Of a stretch of 64,000 nt of DNA, positions 55,655 to 64,000 are shown piece after piece; positions within the stretch are counted from its first letter, which is position 1, and each line of letters starts with the position of its first letter. The DNA is from Octopus vulgaris. Its lineage: Eukaryota. The notes under the pieces are model-generated. The model did not search any database. It saw only the letters and a program-made list of their open reading frames with translations, and was not told the DNA's origin. The stretch covers positions 177,816,001-177,880,000 of the forward strand of contig OX597814.1 of assembly GCA_951406725.2 (NCBI GenBank). Reading direction: 5' to 3'. The translations under genes were made by a program, and so were the position numbers.

Positions 55655-56090
55655 CCTCTCACTCTCTCTCTCTTTCTTTCTCTCTCTTTCACTTTCTCTC
55701 TCTTTCACTTGCTCTCTCTTTCACTTTCTCTCTCTCTTTCTCTCTCTTTCTTTCTCTCTCTCTCTTTCTTTCTCTCTCTCTCTTTCTTTCTCTCTCCCTT
55801 TCTTTCTCTCTCTTTCACTTTCTCTCTCTCTTTCTCTCTCTCTTTCTTTCTCTCTCTCTCTCTTTCTCTCTCTCTTTTTTCTCTCTCTCTCTTTCTTTCT
55901 ATCTCTCTTTCTTTCTCTCTTTCTTCCTTTCTCTCTCTCTTTCTTTCTTTCTCTCTTTCTCTCTTTCTTTCTGTCTCTTTCACCCCTCTCTCTCTCTCTG
56001 TATTGATCTATTTGTCTATATATCTCTCTCAGTCTATGTCTGTCTCTTTCAGTCTCTGTCTATCTCTCAGTCGCTCTCTCTCTCTCTCAG
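55655..56090. repeat. (CT)n/(CTTT)n polypyrimidine tract
   Basis: Seen directly. Confidence 0.95.
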
Positions 56091-56667
56091 CCTCTGTCAT
56101 GTGCTTACTCTTTCTATTTTTCTCTGACTCCACTATTTCCGTTTCACTATTTGTCTCTTTCTTCTCCATAAGTCTATATGTCTGTCTCCATTCGAGTTAT
56201 TACGCCCCTTGGTGTAACACAGACAAAGCTGAGACACGGCAGTAAGAACGAGAAAAATATAATATTTTGCATATGTTGGTATTTCTATAAGAAAAAAAAA
56301 CATCCTCCTATTTCCTTTCACCTCCGTGTTATATGGTTGTATTCAACTATTCTAAAACAAATACCAAATGTTTTTGACTTATAATTTTCTATTGATTTCG
56401 AAATATTTTTATAAAATATCAAGTTTGTTTTTGTGCTTAACTCACGAGGAAATCATTCCACTATTATTATAATTATTTTTCAATTTTTTTTGTAGCAAAA
56501 ATTATAGAAAAACATTGTTCTCTCATGCATTTCGGATAACTGCTAGATCTGGTATTTCTATATTACTCCATTTTTATTTTCGTTTGCATATTTTCCACAC
56601 TAAGTCAGTTCGAAAGTACACACAAATACAAGCACACTAACACATATATATGGACTTTAGAATATTA

Positions 56668-56730
<63 letters not shown>

Positions 56731-56801
56731 ATGTATGTATGCGCGTGTGTGCATGTGTAAGTATGTATTTATCTAAACATAATAATAATAGTTATGATGA
56801 C

Positions 56802-56833
<32 letters not shown>

Positions 56834-56834
<1 letters not shown>

Positions 56835-57450
56835 CTTGGTATAAAAGATGGACTACAGCAAATATTCTGCTCAATACCACAGATTTGCTTGTTGGTTGTT
56901 TAACTTTAACCAGTTGAGCATGTCCCTTAGTGCATCGATATGTACATCTCTGATCACAAGCAGAAGTAGTTGGGAGCATCATAGTCATGTGTTGTGAGGG
57001 ATGATTATTTGGGGTTTGTATAATTCATGTTTGGAAATATTGGCATTTCGTTCAACATCCTTAAACAATCCTTATTCAGGGACATTTTGAACGGGATGGG
57101 TTACATGACCTGAAGAAAATTCTAATGGGTCCACCACCTACAAGGTCATAAGCTATTTATCTTGACATGAAATCATCCTGGAGGATCCTTATCATACGGG
57201 TAATCATGATGTTTATGCTGGGCTTCGTATATTTTTACCCAGTATCACTGTGATGATATGTATTGCTCTCTATGATGCAATAATGATGATGATGATGATA
57301 ATAAAAACAACAACAACAACAACAAAAACAATAATAATAATAATAATTGTTTTATCGACGCTGAAAGGATGACAAGCAAAGTCAACCTCGGCGAAATTTG
57401 GACTCAGAACTTTAGCAACGGACGAAATACGAAATACTGCTAAGCATATT
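56834..57450. mobile_element. Family C copy (56834-57270), triplet tract, minus-strand SINE B fragment (57350-57450)
   Basis: Colinear with 3649-4121. Confidence 0.8.
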
Positions 57451-59628
57451 GACTGGTACGTGTATTTACATGTATATCTATATATATATACACGTATAAA
57501 TACATGTAAATACACGTATATATGTATATACATGTGCATATACGTTTGTGTATATATATATACATATATACGTGTGACGTATGTGCGTGCGTGTGTGTGT
57601 GTGGGGGGTGCTTGCACGGTGTATATCTTTCTACGCATAAGAAAGTGCACGATTGACGAATTCATGTTAGGTGTTTCTTCACTTTCATTAAACATGTATA
57701 GGTATGATCTCCATACACGCACATGCACGCATACGCTTACACACACAAACGTTTGCACAGACATACACATACATATATATATGTGTGTCTGTGTGTATGT
57801 CTCTCTCTCTCTATCTATCTGTTTGTCTGTCTTCCTGCCTGTCTGACTATCTGTGTGTCTGTGTGTCTGTCTGACTGAGCGTTTAATCTGTATATATTGT
57901 TGGTTTCGTTCAATGAATATGCATACGTATGATTGGCGAACGTATACTAAAGTTTCCTTATTGTGTTACGTATGTGGTTGTGTAAATGGCGACTTTATCA
58001 AATATGGAATCTCTCTTGGTATGTCACTGTGACTATAATTACTTCTAACTTTTCTCTCGAGCCCCATTTAACCTGATGTTAACATCCCATTATTCATGTT
58101 CTGCTTGTTATCTTTCACGGTCCAAGCCCTCCTTTTATTCGATATTTCTTCTGTTTCTTATGTATCTTTGATTCATTATATTTCTATATACGGTGATTTA
58201 TCGAGATTCAATTCCCTGTCAGAAACACCCGATCCAGATAGATCACTCTTACATACCTGACAAGCAAAAATATCCACTCCCTCTCCAGTATTATAAACTG
58301 TCACCTATTTGATTAAAAACAGCTTAGCTGAATTGATCTAATGGAATTTGATAATTTTCAACACTAGCTGCTCGAAGCCACATCCCGAATGCTAATTGAA
58401 AATTTTTATTCCTTATCATGCTATCAATATTTTATAATATTACAGTTATTTGGAATAATTGGTTGTTACGTTTTGCTGATGATTGTGTAAATGTGGAGTG
58501 ATATTAGCTATGTATTGCAGCCTAGTGCTTAGTCATTGCATTGAAGTCAGAATGAAAGCTTGATTTTTGAACACGTTTTATTTACATATGAATATATTTA
58601 TCCCTTCTGTCTATTAGATGCTTTTAGCATTCTGTTAAGAGAGGGAAAAGAGAAAGGTGTAAACTCAATTGAAAATGAAGAAACATTACAGATATTTAAA
58701 CGAATCGAAGATATCATGAAACCTGTCATAAACTAGGAAGTTACTGTCTTCAAGTGAAAGGAAACAAGTTAGGATAAAGTTAATACATCCCTGCACGATC
58801 ATGATTCGTGGCAACAGCAGCTAAAATAACGGTAGCAGAATAAACGACAGAAATTCAGATTTAGAGAGCTAAAGATTCAGCGCTGAATGTCGTTTGACTA
58901 GAGATTAGAATAAACTGGTTTGGGAAACGAGTAAACGTGGATAAATATGAACGTTTAGATGACAGAGTTGACTTGCTGACGGGCCATTTGATCGAAATGT
59001 GAATAGAACTTGCATGAAACCAAGAGAAAACGAAAGAAAGATAATAAAATCATAACAATGGTTTCAAGACATCAAACGTAGAGAAGAGAGAAAAGACAAT
59101 TTCAGTGGATTGTCAGAACGAGATTCCTCAAATCAAGCCTGTTCATTCGCATATTACATTGCATTCGCGTGCACACTGGCATTTCTATAGCTACAAGACA
59201 ACAGAGAATTGTGGGACAATAACAGTAAAGAAGATAATTCTGATGTATATGATCTTAAAATCAGTTTTCTAATTCCCATACTGTATATTGCTCAATTATT
59301 GCAGCAGCTGCTGTTGTTACAGCTGTCGTTGCGGCCTTCAGTTAACCAACTGCTTTATTCGAAATTAAGATGGTGGAGAAGGAAAGAAACAATGCACGCG
59401 TAAATATTGCTCTATTATATAAGATCGTTCGTAAATATATGTATATTTTAAATTATATATCAAAGGCGGTTGGCTTGTGTAATTCTCTTCACGATATACA
59501 ACACGAAAATAGAATAATCCTCTGAGAAATAGTCCTTTCAGTGGACGCAAAAACATAATCGCTAACGAATATATTGGGAGCAATTCTTTCCGAAATCAAT
59601 TTCTCTCTCTCTCTCTCTCTCTGTATAA

Positions 59629-59663
<35 letters not shown>

Positions 59664-60883
59664 ATATATATATATATATGGGTGTGTATATATATATATA
59701 TGAATATATATATGTGTGTGTGTTTGTATACACATAAATACAGATACACACATATACACATGCGCGCGCACACACACACGCACATATTATTGGAACAAGT
59801 ACAAAGTGACTAAAAGTCATTTGCCATCATTATCAACCGATTAACGGCTGAGATCAGTTGACCTTAATCTGAATCTACTTTACCATTTTCTTTATCCCCC
59901 CCCGCCTTCACATCTTCCACATCTACTCACCGAAGCCTTTATCAAATCTACCCAGTGCATTTCTGAAAACTATTGGTTGTAACGAGTATGATTAGAAGCG
60001 TTAAAAAGTGGTGTATAAATATAAACTTGTTATCTATTCAAATAAGCTTGGGACATACTAGAAACGGCAAGAAAGCCGTTCACTATAAGAATTGTCGCTG
60101 TCGGCAAATGGGTGTAAATGCAGTTCCGACTTCTACTTAGTCAGATCGATGGATGCATGCATATCGGAGTAGTTATCTTCTCTTCAGCAACGGACTTTGT
60201 AAATAGAAGCGCTATAAACGAACAACGAGAGACCTAGTTTTGCTTATTCTAATCCGTACTTTATTACAGTCGCGCAACCAATCCCAGTACATTTACTAGA
60301 ATACAATGAGAGACAGCTGGTTCCTCGTTGTCAGTAAGTAGGACCTCCCTTTCTACTATTTGATGCTAAAGAGGAGATAACTATTCCTTCAATATGGGCA
60401 AGAAGTGTTCCGAGCCTATTTGCTTACAGAAATAATTTTTCTCTATCAAAAAAATATATTGAATGACTTACGGCTTCTAATATGTCCCAAATATATTTGA
60501 AATAGCAACAGGTATGTACTGATTCAAGTGTCCTGCCCTGTTTGCGACGATTGTTCAGTGAGTAACTGGAGTACTGCCTTGTCTTCTCAAGATTCAGCAC
60601 ATTAGTCTAAGTGTGGCCCGACAAAAGAACAGCATTGTTATTCTGTACTGGTTTTAGATCACGTCTCGATAATCACAGTTTTCGAACCTATATAAAACAT
60701 TCTACGTATTATATATATATATTTTTACATTCCCCACTGTAAAAATATAGTCTTGCTTATTTTTACACTTTGGTTTTTGCTGAAATTTTCTTGAGAACAC
60801 ATTCTTCGTGGAAAATGGGGATTTTGACGTCTATATCTAGCATATAGGCTGTCCATTATTTTAGTGGTCAGTCCTCTAAATTT

Positions 60884-60923
<40 letters not shown>

Positions 60924-61246
60924 TACAGGGGAAAAGTAAAACGAGACAAAGAAAATGCTCACTAAGTAAGAAAGTAATGGCTTTTAAAAATAAAAACAAA
61001 GATATTTACATACAAACAAATGATTTGAGATGGAATTAAGAAGTATGAAAAACATTATTGAGAGTTAATATAGGATGTCATATCGGGTTCGTCATCGCTG
61101 TTCACTGAATTTCAATCAACTCAAATTTTCAAACGGTGTTGGATCTAGTAGTACCACAGTAAAAAGATTGCTTGCAAGGGACGTAAGACGTAAGACGTTC
61201 TGAAAGTGATGCAATTAATGTAGATTTGAGTAATCATATATGTATG

Positions 61247-61294
<48 letters not shown>

Positions 61295-61507
61295 GAGAGA
61301 GAGAGAGAGAAAGAGACGTTATGAGAGTTAATGGTGTCAATAAGATCCCAAGGTGTCAGTTAATGCTGAAAGTGCTAGGACACACTATAGTTAAGAAATG
61401 AGGAGTCCAACGTAGGTCATATATCAGCATGTGTATATATACAAAAATTAGCTGAATGAGATAAAAATCCAAGGCTGAGAAAGATTTCAGAACAGTTATA
61501 AATATAA

Positions 61508-61790
61508 ATCTTACAGCTCCTTCCGAGATATTTTATATATCTCTTCATCGGAGACGGTGCGAGATAAGATATGAAATACAGAGTGAAGTGGGGGAATGAG
61601 AATAGACGTGAGATATACAGGGATATTGTATCTGTAGTTCCATTATTTAGGCAGAATGGTATATATATCTTTAAGTTCCAATAGTGTTTAAAATTGGTCA
61701 TTCCAAGCATAGAGTTTGTAAACGGTGTTATTGAATCGAGGGTTTTTCTTTAAAGTGACTTAAAAGTTGGGAGTGTATTTGTAAGATCAA
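61508..61790 (-). mobile_element. Penelope-like element 3' remnant with decayed hammerhead (61508-61555)
   Basis: Minus frame TLLELKDIYTILPK resembles the GIY-YIG C-terminal LE...I....P.LN pattern. Then gtct-CcGATGA-a-gagatat/atatctc stem II-(ggaagg)-agctgTA-agat. Confidence 0.5.
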
Positions 61791-62324
61791 ATCAAAAACA
61801 GGGAAGAGGAAAAGAAAAAAGAGAAAACAGAAAAAAGTAAGAATAAAGGAAAAAAGGAAAGAGAGGAGAGAGATTATAAAGAAATGAAAAGAGGGAAAGT
61901 GCACTGGTTAGTGGTCAGTCAAGATAGATTGAGAGAAGGAATGGGGGTGTGAGGGTGATAGAGAGAGAAATATATGAGGGTGTAAAGAGATGAGAGGGTA
62001 AAGAGTAAAGTAGTGTCATGGAACAAAACACGGAAGACACAGACGAAGTTCCAGAAAGAAAGAGAGACGTGACTGCAGTTAAAAATAGTAATTAATTATT
62101 TTCCAAATGGCACCGTACCTTTCTTCTATAGTATTGTGGATTTAAAATGTTACTCCAAATCGGATAGGTTCGTTATGTCTGCCAAAGATGGAACGCTGTT
62201 GTTAGTACGTTAAGGCATCAGGATTGGCATGTGGTTAAAGCACAACAACTAAACAACATCTTGAGCGTTACATGAACCTTCCATTTACTATCAATTTTGA
62301 AAATTAGTAAGAAATATGAATGAA

Positions 62325-62540
62325 GGAGTGGCTGTGTGGTAAGTAGCTTGCTTACCAACCACATGGTTCCGTGTTCAGTCCCACTGCGTGGCATCTTGGG
62401 CAATGCCTTGTGAGTAGATTTGGTAGACGGAAACTGAAAGAAGCCTTTCGTATATACATATATACACATATATATATATATATATATACATATATATATA
62501 CATATATATATATAGATATACATATATATATACATATATA

Positions 62541-62572
<32 letters not shown>

Positions 62573-62988
62573 TACATATATATATATACATATATATTTA
62601 TATATATATATACACATATATATTTACATATATATATATACATATATATTTATATATATATATATACACATATATATTTACATATATATACATATATATT
62701 ATATATATATATATACACATATATATATACACATATATATATATACATATACATATATATACATATATATATACATATATATATATACATATATATATAT
62801 ACACATATATACATATATATACACATATATATATATACATATATATATATACACATATATACATATATACATATATATACACATATATATACATATATAT
62901 ATACATATACACATATATACATATATACATATATATACACATATATATACATATATATATATACACATATATATATATATATACATAT

Positions 62989-63047
<59 letters not shown>

Positions 63048-63212
63048 CATATACATACACATATATATACATATATATACACATATATATACACATATAT
63101 ATACACATATATATATATATATACATATATATATACACATATATATATATACACACATATATATATATATATACACACATATATATATATATACACACAC
63201 ATATATATATAT

Positions 63213-63253
<41 letters not shown>

Positions 63254-63364
63254 TATAATAAGTATAGGAAAGAACGGAGCTGAACGAAGATTGAACAAAA
63301 TTCCCTTATTATTTTATTTTTGACATGTTTCGAAGCCTGCAAAATCCCCAATTCCGGAACCTGC

Positions 63365-63443
<79 letters not shown>

Positions 63444-63655
63444 GTGTATATATGTTTGTGTGTCTGTGTTTGACCCCCTATCATTGCTTGACAACCGATG
63501 CTGCTGTGTTTATGTCCCCGTCTCTTAGCGGTTCGGCAAAAGAAACCGATAGAATAAATACTGGGTTTACCAAGAATAAGTCCTAGGGTCCATTCGCTCG
63601 ACTAAAGGCGGTGCTACAGCATGACCGCAGTCAAATGACTGAAACAAGTAAAAGA

Positions 63656-63660
<5 letters not shown>
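62325..63660 (+). mobile_element. SINE family A split by an ~800-bp expansion of its internal (TA/CA) tract plus a ~110-bp insert
   Basis: Head at 62325-62450, tail at 63450-63660. Insert 63255-63365 carries minus-strand GAAA-catg-TC. Confidence 0.85.
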
Positions 63661-63687
<27 letters not shown>

Positions 63688-64000
63688 AGTATAGCTGTAG
63701 TTTTATGTAATGTTCTTGATTCCCTAACAAATTTTAATACTGAACAATATCGTGTTTTTGAAGCGATTATATAAAGAAGACGTAATCTATCCCCAAATCA
63801 ACAGAACAACAAGTTTGTAGAGTTGGAACATCTTTAAATGGAGTTATGTTGCAGGAAATAATTTCGCCTTACACGATCCTAGAATATTTTTATTGAACGC
63901 CTACGCAGGTAATCTTGAGTCAACCCGATCTAGGCATTCAGAACGTCTTGCGAATATTATACTACCCATTATTCAATTTGAATTGAGGTGCAATTTTCCT

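Overview
AT-rich, microsatellite-dense eukaryotic non-coding DNA with no convincing host protein-coding gene. Nearly all listed ORFs are translations of simple repeats. The repeat content (tRNA-headed SINEs, CR1 and RTE LINE pieces, Tc1/mariner, huge (TA)n/(TACA)n tracts) suggests an octopus/cephalopod genome, which is inference only. Recognisable elements: a young 5'-truncated CR1-type LINE with an open RT C-terminus (42321-43669); decayed CR1, RTE, Penelope-like and Tc1/mariner remnants; two Merlin-type MITEs with 8-bp TSDs; two Helitron-like elements; and 20+ copies from four short-repeat families. The most striking signal is a set of about 10 dissimilar minimal type I hammerhead-ribozyme motifs, some intact, some decayed and some halved. 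They sit in short non-coding elements, often next to (TA)n tracts and often bracketed by inverted repeats. They have palindromic stem III and show three alternative 3-8 core pairs (C-G, U-A, G-C). One is split by the CR1 insertion at its predicted cleavage junction. A possible recursive-splicing site lies on the minus strand at about 19298. All folds and alignments were read by eye.
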